DNA of 64,000 nucleotides, taken from the NCBI GenBank assembly GCA_964570505.1, contig CAZMYL010000002.1, positions 118,608-182,607 on the forward strand. The letters run 5' to 3'. The notes below the pieces were generated by a model that had not been told where the DNA came from, searched no databases, and saw only the letters and a program-made list of their open reading frames with translations. How positions within the stretch are numbered: the stretch's first letter is position 1; every line of letters begins with the position of its first letter. Below, in pieces: positions 1-11,400 of this stretch. This DNA is from an uncultured Pseudomonadota bacterium (GTDB lineage Bacteria > Babelota > Babeliae > Babelales > CAIQNR01). Made by a program: the position numbers and the translations under genes.

Positions 1-1638
1 AATACAAGTTATACAGTTACTGGCTCTGGATACGATCCAAAGGGGTCAATTTTATTAAATGGACAAGTAGTTTTATATGATCATGACGATCTATCTTTTA
101 AAAGAATGTTAGAAGGTGCTTATTTACTTAATAGATCACAAATAACTTTTAGCAAAGAAGCTCAAAGATTTGTTGTAAAAGGAAATCCAAATGAAGCAGC
201 TCTTGGTATATGTGCAAAAAAAGCTGGTATTCCTGATGGTAGTTTAGAAGAAAGATTTTTACTTATTTATGAAATACCTTTTCATGCCGAAACTCAGTTT
301 CATGCATGTTTTTATAAAGATATGCAGATTAATAAATTAGTTATTTATGCAACAGGGTCATTTGAAGGTTTTTATAAACAAGAAATTAATTCAGAAAAAT
401 TTTCACAAGATCTACTTGATCAAGCTTTGGCCGAAGGAAAACGTATTATGGCGTTTGGGTATGGAGAAGTAGATATTTCTTTATTGGATAGTGTTTCGGA
501 AAAAAGCGACAATAAAAAAGATTATTTTTTAAAAATATTTAAAGATTCTGTAACGTCATTAGGTTTTTTTGAAGTAGAAGATGCTCTTAGAAAAGATATA
601 GCTCTTACTGTTAAAACTATTTCTGATGCAGGGATCCGTATTATTATGGCAACTGGTGATCACGTTATAACAGCAGAATATATAGCAGAATTTGCCGGTA
701 TTTTTAAGTCTCAAGGCATTTCAAAAGGAGCTTTTGAAATGACAGATGTTACCGATGGAGATCTTAAAGCTAATTTAAAAATTTGTTCTGTCTATGGTCG
801 TTGTTTGCCCGCAGATAAACTTAGAATTATTACTTTTTTACAAGAACAAGGGTTTCGAGTAGCAATGGTAGGTGACGGGGTTAATGATGTTCCCTCTCTG
901 GCAATGTCAGATTTAGGTGTTGCGATGGGAATTTCTGGAACTGATAGCGCAAAAGAAGCTGCAGACATTGTTTTATTGCAAGATTCTTTTGATTCCATAC
1001 CTTATGGAATAGCAGAAGGTCGTCATATTTTTTATACATTTAAACGAGTCATTTTTTATTTTCTTGCTTCAAATTTTACAGAAGTGCTCGTTATGACTGT
1101 TGCATTTATAGGATTTCCACTTCCACTTTTAGCTTCGCATGTTTTGTGGCTTAATTTAGTGACGGATGGTTTTTTAGATGCATCACTTTCGCTTGAAGAG
1201 CCAGAGAATAATTTATTAGATATTGCATTTAAAAAAAATATTAAAACTCTTATTTCTTTTACATCGATTGTACATATTGTTTTTCTTGCGGCAATAAGTG
1301 CAAGTATAACAGCAATTGTTTTTATATATTATTTAAACTCTTTTGGACTTGAGCATGCTCGTACTATGTGTATGGCAACATTAACAGGATGCCAAATGAT
1401 AAATGCTATTAATGCAAGATCTCTTCATAAATCAATTTTTAAACTTCCATTATGGGGAAATCCATGGCTTTATGCAGCTTTATTAGCAATTTTTATTATT
1501 CTTTTGTTAATTATTTATGTTCCAATGTTGCAAGTTGTTTTTAAAACAATTCCACTTTATTTAATTGATTGGATCGTTGTCTGTGCTGTTGCATTAATTT
1601 TATTTGGCATAGAAGAATTAAGAAAAAAAATATTCTAA
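1..1638 (+). CDS. P-type cation-transporting ATPase (Ca2+/Mg2+-type), 5' end cut by the window edge
   Basis: Frame 1 is open from nt 1 (NTSYTVTGSGYDPKG... precedes the listed Met at 106). P-domain motifs MATGDHVITA and VAMVGDGVNDVPSLAMSDLGVAMG (GDGxNDxP hinge) are present, followed by C-terminal TM helices and a NARS...NPWL segment typical of PacL/SERCA-like pumps. Confidence 0.9.
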   Translation, partial: NTSYTVTGSGYDPKGSILLNGQVVLYDHDDLSFKRMLEGAYLLNRSQITFSKEAQRFVVKGNPNEAALGICAKKAGIPDGSLEERFLLIYEIPFHAETQFHACFYKDMQINKLVIYATGSFEGFYKQEINSEKFSQDLLDQALAEGKRIMAFGYGEVDISLLDSVSEKSDNKKDYFLKIFKDSVTSLGFFEVEDALRKDIALTVKTISDAGIRIIMATGDHVITAEYIAEFAGIFKSQGISKGAFEMTDVTDGDLKANLKICSVYGRCLPADKLRIITFLQEQGFRVAMVGDGVNDVPSLAMSDLGVAMGISGTDSAKEAADIVLLQDSFDSIPYGIAEGRHIFYTFKRVIFYFLASNFTEVLVMTVAFIGFPLPLLASHVLWLNLVTDGFLDASLSLEEPENNLLDIAFKKNIKTLISFTSIVHIVFLAAISASITAIVFIYYLNSFGLEHARTMCMATLTGCQMINAINARSLHKSIFKLPLWGNPWLYAALLAIFIILLLIIYVPMLQVVFKTIPLYLIDWIVVCAVALILFGIEELRKKIF

Positions 1639-2082
1639 TTTTGATTTTGAATATTTTATTATAGCCGCTTCCATTCGCATGATATTTTTCTGCAGTGCTA
1701 TAGCATCACAACTTTCGTCAAATGAGGATTCTTCTTTATTGAAAAAACCGTTTAATTTTATTTTCTTGCGTTCAATGTTTATATGCATCTGATACATAAG
1801 CGCAGCTTTTTTTGCATGTCCAGGCCTGATGCTTTCAAAAAAAATTTTTTCTTTTGCCAAAAGCTCATCTCTTAATTGTCGTTTTATTAAATCGGTTGAT
1901 GGTACAGTTTTTGAGCGATATTCTGCTTTACTAGCTCTAGAAAAAAGCTTTTTTTGATGATCATTTAAGTGATTTGCAAAAAACATTCTTCCTATCCTGT
2001 CGCTTCCTATATAAATAAGATAATAATTTTTATCTTTTAAGGTTGCGCTATTTATAGTAATGGTTGAAAAAGCAAGAAGCAA
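1618..2082 (-). CDS. small periplasmic protein, member of a tandem LTXXQ-like (Spy/CpxP-like?) family; start codon uncertain
   Basis: 154-aa ORF in series with three similar-sized minus-strand ORFs. It has the motif LNDHQKKLF at the position where the paralogs have L-T/N-x-x-Q-K. There is no ATG; the track start is TTG. The in-frame upstream codons read VLKKANNYLLLLLAFS, resembling the paralog signal peptides. Confidence 0.45.
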   Translation of the reverse strand: MLLAFSTITINSATLKDKNYYLIYIGSDRIGRMFFANHLNDHQKKLFSRASKAEYRSKTVPSTDLIKRQLRDELLAKEKIFFESIRPGHAKKAALMYQMHINIERKKIKLNGFFNKEESSFDESCDAIALQKNIMRMEAAIIKYSKSKLEYFFS

Positions 2083-2092
2083 AAGTAAATAA

Positions 2093-2521
2093 TTATTGGC
2101 TTTTTTTAATACGACCGCTCTTTGAATTTCTAGGGATTAATAGATTACTTAAAAATTTTTCAAAAGTAGGCTCTAAAGATGTTTCTAATTGTTGTTTAAA
2201 TTTTTGATAATTACGATACTGCTCACTATAAATTTTTTTTGCTTGCCCTGATAAGCCCTTATAACGGCCTTCTAATATTTCTTTTCCTAAATTTAATAAA
2301 AAAATCCTATGCAATAGTGTTATGTCAAAAAAAATTTTTTGATCGTTGTTTAAACTATATTTTTCTACTGCTATTTCAATGCTTGCCCTGTCATTGGTGG
2401 TATAACATTTGACGCATCCTATTTTTGAAATTTTAAAAGATTTTTGTTTGAAGCGGTTTTTTTCTACACAAGAAATAAAATTTGTATAAAAAGAAAGTAA
2501 AAGTAATATTTTTTTTAACAT
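2093..2521 (-). CDS. small secreted protein, tandem LTXXQ-like family member
   Basis: The N-terminus MLKKILLLLSFYTNFISC is signal-peptide or lipobox-like. It carries the motif LNNDQKIFF. It is a 142-aa, helix-prone, Lys/Glu-rich protein. Confidence 0.6.
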   Translation of the reverse strand: MLKKILLLLSFYTNFISCVEKNRFKQKSFKISKIGCVKCYTTNDRASIEIAVEKYSLNNDQKIFFDITLLHRIFLLNLGKEILEGRYKGLSGQAKKIYSEQYRNYQKFKQQLETSLEPTFEKFLSNLLIPRNSKSGRIKKSQ

Positions 2522-2540
2522 AAAATGGCTTTATTTTTTT

Positions 2541-3119
2541 CTATTTCGATTGAGGAGATGTGAATGAAAGTAATGTATGTGCAGCAAGATATTCATTATT
2601 TCTAGATGTTGTGATTAGAATTCTTTTTACTGTAAAAAAAGTTTCAATAGATGATTCGGTTTGAGAAGAGCGTCTTTTTCGACTAATTAGACTTTCATTT
2701 TCACTAAGAAATAAATCTCTTAATTCTTTAAATTGTTTTTCTAATTTATCTATATATTCATCTTTTTGATGAGCTTCTATTGCAAAAACAAGTTGTTCGC
2801 GAGCATTTTTTAATGCTAAAAATGTTGGATTATTTATAAGTTTTCTTTGATAACTTTCAAAAAGCTCTTTAAGGTAAGATTTTTGAGCTTCAGCAATTTC
2901 TGGAAGGTGTTCAGCGCTTTCTGTATCTTGCTTTAACTCATTGCGAGCCATACTTAAAGATTCTATTCTCGCAATTAGTTTTTGTTGTTCAGGAGTTGGT
3001 TTTTTAATTGCATATTTAAGAACAAAGCCTGAATCTCTATAAGATAAGGAAGCTGATTGTATTGAATCATCAACAAGCGGTAAACTGTTAGAGTAGCAAA
3101 GTGAATTTGAACAAAGCAA
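2541..3119 (-). CDS. small LTXXQ-like family protein; predicted signal peptide lies upstream out of frame (ATG at 3145)
   Basis: It carries the motif PTPEQQKLIA (LTPEQ-like). The track start is TTG. An ATG TTA AAA AAA start at 3145-3134 sits 26 nt upstream, one nt out of frame. Adding one A to the A7 run would give MLKKILRLLLLCSNSLC.... Confidence 0.5.
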   Translation of the reverse strand: MLCSNSLCYSNSLPLVDDSIQSASLSYRDSGFVLKYAIKKPTPEQQKLIARIESLSMARNELKQDTESAEHLPEIAEAQKSYLKELFESYQRKLINNPTFLALKNAREQLVFAIEAHQKDEYIDKLEKQFKELRDLFLSENESLISRKRRSSQTESSIETFFTVKRILITTSRNNEYLAAHTLLSFTSPQSK

Positions 3120-3157
3120 TAATAAGCGTAATATTTTTTTAACATAAAAAGTCCTAA

Positions 3158-3616
3158 TTATTTATTAAAATTCTCAATTAATTGTTTAACGTTGTTTAAA
3201 TTAGTTTCTACTATTTTTTCGTATCGTTCTTTATTTTCTTGTAATTGTAATAATGTAGAAGGGGCCTTTTCTAACTTCTGGCTATATTGATTATATTCTT
3301 CTACTGCTCTGTCGCATAACAATTCATTCTGAAATAAAATATTTACACTTTCGCCAAGGGTAAGAGCGCTTTTTTTTATTTCTTTAAGATAATCAAAAAG
3401 TAAATATACTCTTTCTCCAATAACGCTTTGTCTTCTATAAAAAAACAGAAAAGCAATTTTTTGCTTTTCTGTTAATTTTTCTTCTGGATACATATAGGTA
3501 TTTCCATTTTTTTGTAGATAAAAAAAATTTGAACGATCCATTTGAAATAACATTATTCTTTCGTTGCAAAATAAATTTGTATAAAAAGGAAGTAATAAAA
3601 GTAATATTTTTTTCAT
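3158..3616 (-). CDS. small secreted protein, tandem LTXXQ-like family member
   Basis: The N-terminus MKKILLLLLPFYTNLFC is nearly the same leader as the 2093-2521 ORF. It has an exact LTXXQ motif (KLTEKQKIAF). 152 aa. Confidence 0.6.
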   Translation of the reverse strand: MKKILLLLLPFYTNLFCNERIMLFQMDRSNFFYLQKNGNTYMYPEEKLTEKQKIAFLFFYRRQSVIGERVYLLFDYLKEIKKSALTLGESVNILFQNELLCDRAVEEYNQYSQKLEKAPSTLLQLQENKERYEKIVETNLNNVKQLIENFNK

Positions 3617-3752
3617 AAATTCTCTTAAATAAAAATGTCTTTTATAAATAATTACAATCTAGAATATATTTATTCTGTGAAATATTATTCAAATTAATTT
3701 TTATTGCAATTTAATTTTTTTGAAACTTTATATTTTCTAAAAATCTATCTAA

Positions 3753-5485
<1,733 letters not shown>

Positions 5486-5491
5486 GTTTGT

Positions 5492-7102
5492 ATGATTAAA
5501 AAGCAAATAGGGACTATTACTCAAGGCTCTTTATCTGAAGGATTAATAATGCATATTGATCCTATGGTATCTCTTGAAACTATAAAAACAGGAAAATTTG
5601 TTTCTGTGGTAGGAGAAAGGCATACATTTTTTTCTTTAATTACCGATCTTACGCTTCAAGTAACTAATTCTGATGTATTGTTATATCCACCTAAAGAGAC
5701 CGATAATATTTTAGTAAAAAAACTTGCTCATAAAAGTATGTATGCAACAGCGGAATTGCGTCCCATGGTTACACTTGATAGTAATCATAATGTTGCTCCT
5801 GTTAAGACCGTTCCTCCCCATTTTGCAAAAGTATATGAAGCATCTGCTCAAGACGTTGCTTATATTTTTGGTAATGAAAGTCATGAGTCAAAAAAATATT
5901 TTAATATCGGATCTCCTCTTGATATGGATACGCCGGTTTGTATTGATTTAGAAAAACTTGCAGAGCGCAATACTGGTATTTTTGGGAAAACAGGTACAGG
6001 TAAAACTTTCTTAACACGCCTTGTTCTTGCGGGTCTTATTAAAAATAATAAAGCAGTTTGTCTTATTTTTGATATGCATAGTGAGTATGGACTTCAGGCT
6101 CGCAAAGAAGGTTCTGGTAATACTTTTGTTAAGGGTCTTAAAACTTTATTTTCTCATCGTGTTGCAATTTTTTCATTAGATCCTGTTTCTACTCGTAAGC
6201 GTGGAGGGTCTGCTGATGTTGAAATTATTTTGAGCTATCAAGATGTAAAAGTTGAAGATATAATTTCATTACAACAAGAACTTAATTTGCATAGTACAGC
6301 TCTTGAGGCAGCATACTTAATTCATGCACGATATAAACATGATTGGCTTCAAGTTCTACTTGATCAAACTGATATTAAAGAATTCGCAAATTCTTTAGGG
6401 GCTCATCCAGAGTCTATTGCTGCACTTTATAGAAAATTAAAACGTATTGAGCGATTACCTTTTTTTAAAAGAAGGCCTACTGGTGCAGTAAAGGTAGAAG
6501 ATTCAGTAATTGATCAAATGATGGAGTTTATAGCAAAAGACATTAGTATTTGTGTGGAATTTGGTAATCACACTTCTTCATTTTGTTATTTACTTGTTTC
6601 AAACATTATTACTCGTCGTATTCATAGTGAATATATAGAAAAAACAGAACAATTTTTAGGATCTCAAGTAACAGCTGATGAACCAACAAAATTAATGATT
6701 TGTATAGAAGAGTCCCATAAATTTTTAAATCCATCGGCAGCATCACAGACTATTTTTGGTACTATTGCAAGGGAAATGCGTAAATATTATGTATCTCTTT
6801 TGGTTGTAGACCAAAGACCATCAGGAATTGATGATGAAGTGCTTTCTCAATTAGGAACAAAAATTGTTGCACAACTTAATGATGAAAAAGATATACAAGG
6901 TGTTTTAAATGGTGTTTCTAATGCATCAACATTACGATCTGTTCTTGCAACACTTGATACAAAAAAACAAGCGCTTGTATTAGGTCATGCAGTCACAATG
7001 CCAGTTGTGGTACAAACAAGAGAATATGGAGAAGATTTTTATAGAGCAATGCAAGAGATATCAGCTGTTCATGTTGACACATTAATTAAAGAATTATTTT
7101 AG
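5492..7102 (+). CDS. HerA/DUF87-like P-loop ATPase (FtsK-HerA superfamily)
   Basis: N-terminal barrel-like region, Walker A GIFGKTGTGKTFL, Walker B-like LMICIEESHKF, and LLVVDQRPSGIDDEVLSQLGTKIVAQL, characteristic of HerA-type ATPases. It starts 6 nt after the atpC stop. Confidence 0.8.
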   Translation: MIKKQIGTITQGSLSEGLIMHIDPMVSLETIKTGKFVSVVGERHTFFSLITDLTLQVTNSDVLLYPPKETDNILVKKLAHKSMYATAELRPMVTLDSNHNVAPVKTVPPHFAKVYEASAQDVAYIFGNESHESKKYFNIGSPLDMDTPVCIDLEKLAERNTGIFGKTGTGKTFLTRLVLAGLIKNNKAVCLIFDMHSEYGLQARKEGSGNTFVKGLKTLFSHRVAIFSLDPVSTRKRGGSADVEIILSYQDVKVEDIISLQQELNLHSTALEAAYLIHARYKHDWLQVLLDQTDIKEFANSLGAHPESIAALYRKLKRIERLPFFKRRPTGAVKVEDSVIDQMMEFIAKDISICVEFGNHTSSFCYLLVSNIITRRIHSEYIEKTEQFLGSQVTADEPTKLMICIEESHKFLNPSAASQTIFGTIAREMRKYYVSLLVVDQRPSGIDDEVLSQLGTKIVAQLNDEKDIQGVLNGVSNASTLRSVLATLDTKKQALVLGHAVTMPVVVQTREYGEDFYRAMQEISAVHVDTLIKELF

Positions 7103-7173
7103 GGATATTATTAAGATAATGAGATATTGCTAAAATAGTAATGATGAGAGCTTTTTAAAAGAAAGATAAAAGT

Positions 7174-7800
7174 GTGAAGAAAATAGATAAAAAAATATAT
7201 CCAAATGATATGGAAAAAGACCTTAATATTATTTATTTACCGTCACTTAAAGTTGTTGCTACAGAGCTTGCTGATCATGACATAAAAAAAGATTTGGAGT
7301 ATAAAGCTAATCCGCCTTTAAATAATAAACTAGAAGGTTTATATGGTGTTTTAATTGATCAAGCGTATACTGCTCCTATGTTTGTAAAATGGGTTAATAA
7401 AACTGTTCAATATGGTGTTTTTGCAGATGCAGATATTAAGCGTGGCGATATGGTTTGTGAATATACGGGCATTTTATGCAGAGATGATAATGATGACGAA
7501 GAAAATGGTTATATTTGGGATTATCCAACATCTTTGTATGAACATGTTGAAGGTAAAAAGCGAAGAAAAAAAATTAAATATTGCATTGACGCTTTAAAGT
7601 CTGGAAATTTTGCACGTTTTATTAATCATACAATTAGAAAGTATCAAAATGTTGGAGTGCAGATGGTGCCCCGAAACAATTTATGGCATGTTATTTACAT
7701 TGCTAAAAAAGATATAAAAAAGGGACAGCAATTATTGACCTATTATGGAACTCAATATTGGAGAGATAGGCAAATAGTTCCTTCTTCGATTGAACCTTAA
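7174..7800 (+). CDS. SET-domain protein (putative protein lysine methyltransferase)
   Basis: GDMVCEYTGIL, IDALKSGNFARFINHT (NHSC-like block) and IKKGQQLLTYYG (GEELxxDY-like block). The start is either GTG 7174 or ATG 7210. Confidence 0.8.
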   Translation: MKKIDKKIYPNDMEKDLNIIYLPSLKVVATELADHDIKKDLEYKANPPLNNKLEGLYGVLIDQAYTAPMFVKWVNKTVQYGVFADADIKRGDMVCEYTGILCRDDNDDEENGYIWDYPTSLYEHVEGKKRRKKIKYCIDALKSGNFARFINHTIRKYQNVGVQMVPRNNLWHVIYIAKKDIKKGQQLLTYYGTQYWRDRQIVPSSIEP

Positions 7801-7847
7801 TTAATCATTGTGCCGTGATCTTATATTAAAATAATGGAGAGCATAGT

Positions 7848-8441
7848 TTGTATACACATAAAAACAATGAAGTTTTAGAAAGATGTATTGGTATAGTACT
7901 TTATCATAAAGGCAGAAATATTGTTATTTTTAATAAGCAACAGCAAAGAATATCTGCTATTGCTTATGTACAATCTTTGTCTCGTGGTTCTTTTATTTCA
8001 TATAATATAGTGCGTCATCAGACAGAAATTCTTCTTCAGAATATTGTTCTTGAATATATTCCTCTTGTTCAAGCGCAAGTTGATATATATTTTTTACATG
8101 GCCTTCTTGAAATTTGTTATTATTTTATTCCGGATGGAGGTTGTGAATTTTTTATATATCCAATCATAATAAAAATTTTAAGATCATTTGAATCCATTAA
8201 TTCTAAAAATAAAAAGAAAATGCTTTTGTGTAGAATTTTTGCACATCTTGGAATATATCCAATGCACTCTGATTCTTATCATGCTTTAGATGATTTTCTT
8301 AAAGTGCCTATTGACAACATTATAACAGGAAATTTAGATTTGGTTCATGATGATTTTTTTGATATATGGTTACTATGGTGTTTAGAAGATCATCCTCAAG
8401 GGAAAAAATGTAAAGCGCTTCCTTTTCTTTTACAAAAGTGA
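7848..8441 (+). CDS. hypothetical protein (weak RecO-like resemblance only)
   Basis: 197-aa ORF with a TTG start, sitting in a co-directional gene run. It has an N-terminal beta-rich segment and LLCRIFAHLGIYP, reminiscent of RecO. The assignment is not secure. Confidence 0.4.
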   Translation: MYTHKNNEVLERCIGIVLYHKGRNIVIFNKQQQRISAIAYVQSLSRGSFISYNIVRHQTEILLQNIVLEYIPLVQAQVDIYFLHGLLEICYYFIPDGGCEFFIYPIIIKILRSFESINSKNKKKMLLCRIFAHLGIYPMHSDSYHALDDFLKVPIDNIITGNLDLVHDDFFDIWLLWCLEDHPQGKKCKALPFLLQK

Positions 8442-8447
8442 TGTCAA

Positions 8448-11400
8448 ATGAATAAAAAAATACTACTTTTTACTACTTTTTGTTTTTTAAGTTTACATGC
8501 AGATTTTTTAGATACGTTTGGATTTGGAACGGCAACAATTGATGTTGTACTAGGGCCTCAAAAAGAAGAAGATATTCGTCAACTTAAAGCTGCAATAGAA
8601 GAGCATAATAATCAAGAATATAAAGAGCAGGAGAGTTTACGTGTTAATGCTGAAAGATTAAAGGCAAAAATAGATGAAATTGAAGCTTTTGTAGCGCAGA
8701 ACCATGTAACTGATTCCTTTATACAACAAAAATTAATCGGCCTACAAAGTAGTTATCAAGTAATCATCGCCATTAAAGGTATTAAAAAAGATTTAAATGA
8801 AACATTAAAACAACATCTATCTCTTCTTGAGTCGCAACTTAATGATGATTTAAAAGAAGCTTCAGATGTAGAAAAATTAGTATATAATTTTGAAGATTTA
8901 CAGAATCTTAATAGAAAGATAATGAGTCAAGAAGATAAATGGTCTCATTATTGTGCAGAAAAAAATGAAATAGTAATTGACCTTGAAAATTCAAAAAAGC
9001 GTGCTGATTCTGCAAAAAAAGTATATGACCAAAAAATATATCAAGAAAATGAATTAAGAAAAAAAATATATACAGATGAACATGTTTCGCAAAATCAAAT
9101 AGATCTTTTGAGTATAGAAACTCAATTAGCTGATTATGAATATCAGCAGTTCCTTGCAAAAATTGAAGAGCGTTCTGCTCGTTTAAAGTTTCTTACAGAA
9201 GCTGCTGCTATAGAAAATAAAAAATTACAAAAAATTAAAAAGAAGCGAGATTCTGTTATAGCTCGCACTCTTCGTGTTGATAAACAAGATATTGAAAGTG
9301 CTCAAAAAAAGCTTAATGAACAAAAACATCGCTATCTTGTTTTAACTGATCAATATTTACAAAAAATAGAATATTTTAATGCTCAACAAGAATTTTTAAA
9401 AAAAGATTTAAAATATCTAGAAGAGCGTTATGCAGATGCTAGTAGTGAGTCTCAAAATATCGACGAATGGACTAATTCGCCAACAACGGTTCAGGGTTAT
9501 TTATCATTTGTAGATCGCGGTGTAAAAAAGACAGAAATTACTTTGCTTGATTCTCAGATAGAATATCAAAAAGCTGAAATAGAACTTGAAAAAACAAAAT
9601 TTAAAGAATATGAGCTTAATCTTAAAATAGTAGAGTCTTGGTATAATATTAAACATCAAAAATTTGGATCAAGTGATAAATTGCTCAAAGATATTACATA
9701 TTATCAAGACATGACAGCTGAGTTTAGTCGTGAAAAAACAATGTATAGCGATAAGCGATACGCTGTTATTAATCGCTTAAATTTACTCAATCGCTCTCTT
9801 TCAAATATTAAAATTAAACTAGAAGAGTTGCTTGATAAAACATCATATATGTTTAGAAGAGATGAGCAGTCTTATAGACACTGTGTGGATCAACTTAAAC
9901 GGGCTCAAATTTTACTTGTTCGTCAAATAGAATTAATAGGGCATCTTATTGAATCTTATTCAAATATTTTTATAACACTTGATAGTTATGAAAAGCAAAT
10001 AGGAAGTACTATTGTTGAATTGCAAAAAGCTAGTTTATGGCAACGATCTGGTGGTGCAATTTCTCGTGAAGGATTACAAAATATTGTTCCTGATATATAT
10101 AGTTTTTTTGTTGATGTTTTTTCATTAGGATCTTCTTATGTAGACTCACTGAGCATTACCTTTGTTTTAGAAAAAATTACTAAAAATATTTATAGTCCAA
10201 TTACTTTGCTTTTATTTATTTTTAAAATTTTATTTTGTTTTATTGTATTTGGATTATTTCGTCGTTATGGGCTTCTTATAGCAGATTTATTTTTAGATAT
10301 TGCACCTGAGTTTCCAGGCGTTTATTTTTTTAGTCGTCTTGCTGCGGTACTTATTCAGTTTATACATAAGTATCAAACAAGTGTTTTTATATGGTTTTTA
10401 TGTTTTTATTATGTTGCCATAGAGCAATATATAGACATGTATCCGTCAGTTGTTTTTTATTTATTTTCAATACCATTTTTATTGGGACTTATTCATTTAT
10501 TTATTAATTTTGTAAGCGCCTTTAATAAACAACATGACTATCAGCTATTTCGTGAAAATTTTCAGGACAGATTTGTTTTTTCTATAGGATTTTTTTTATA
10601 TTCCAGTGTTATTCTTTTATTCTTTAGAGAAGCATTTATTGCAGTCACTTATATGAAATCAGAGCTGCCAGGTATTTTGCTTGCTTTTTACTCTATTATT
10701 GTAAGAATTTTACTGCTTTCATTAATTAGAAAAGAAGACATCCTCACGGTTATTTCTCCTAAAAATCAATTTGGTTTGTGGCTTGCACGGATTGTTAATG
10801 ATTATTATTATGCAATTCTTGGCGTGATTATTACTGTTATGGTGCTCAGTGATCCTCATATTGGAGGATATGATAATCTTATAGCATATCTTATGTGGGG
10901 AGTTACGGGCACTATTGTTATAGTGCGCGTTCTTTTTCTTCTTTATGCATTTGTTCGCAGAACGTCATCATATTTCTTTTTTTCTTTTGATGATGAGTCT
11001 ATGGATGAGCGATTTCAACATGCAAAAACATGGTATGGTGTTTTAGTTATTTGTATTTTTATTCTTTTCTTTATTATGGGAATTGTTTTGATTGCATGGT
11101 GTTGGGGTAAGACAATTCCGATGCATTCATTAAGTGATTTCTTTTCTACTCAGCGTCTTTCAATTGGCTTTAAAGATGGGCAATATCAAAAAGTTAGTAT
11201 TATAGATTTAATTAGAACATTCTTGTTTATTCCAGGAAGTTTTTTAGTTGGTTATTTAGTAGATAAATTTGTTTTACATAGAATTTATATGGTTCTTCTT
11301 GTTGACCCAGGTGTTCATAATGCAGTTTCAACAATTTCTTATTATCTTGTTGTAATTTCTATTATTACACTTGGTCTTTGCCAAGAAGGATTTGGCTTTC

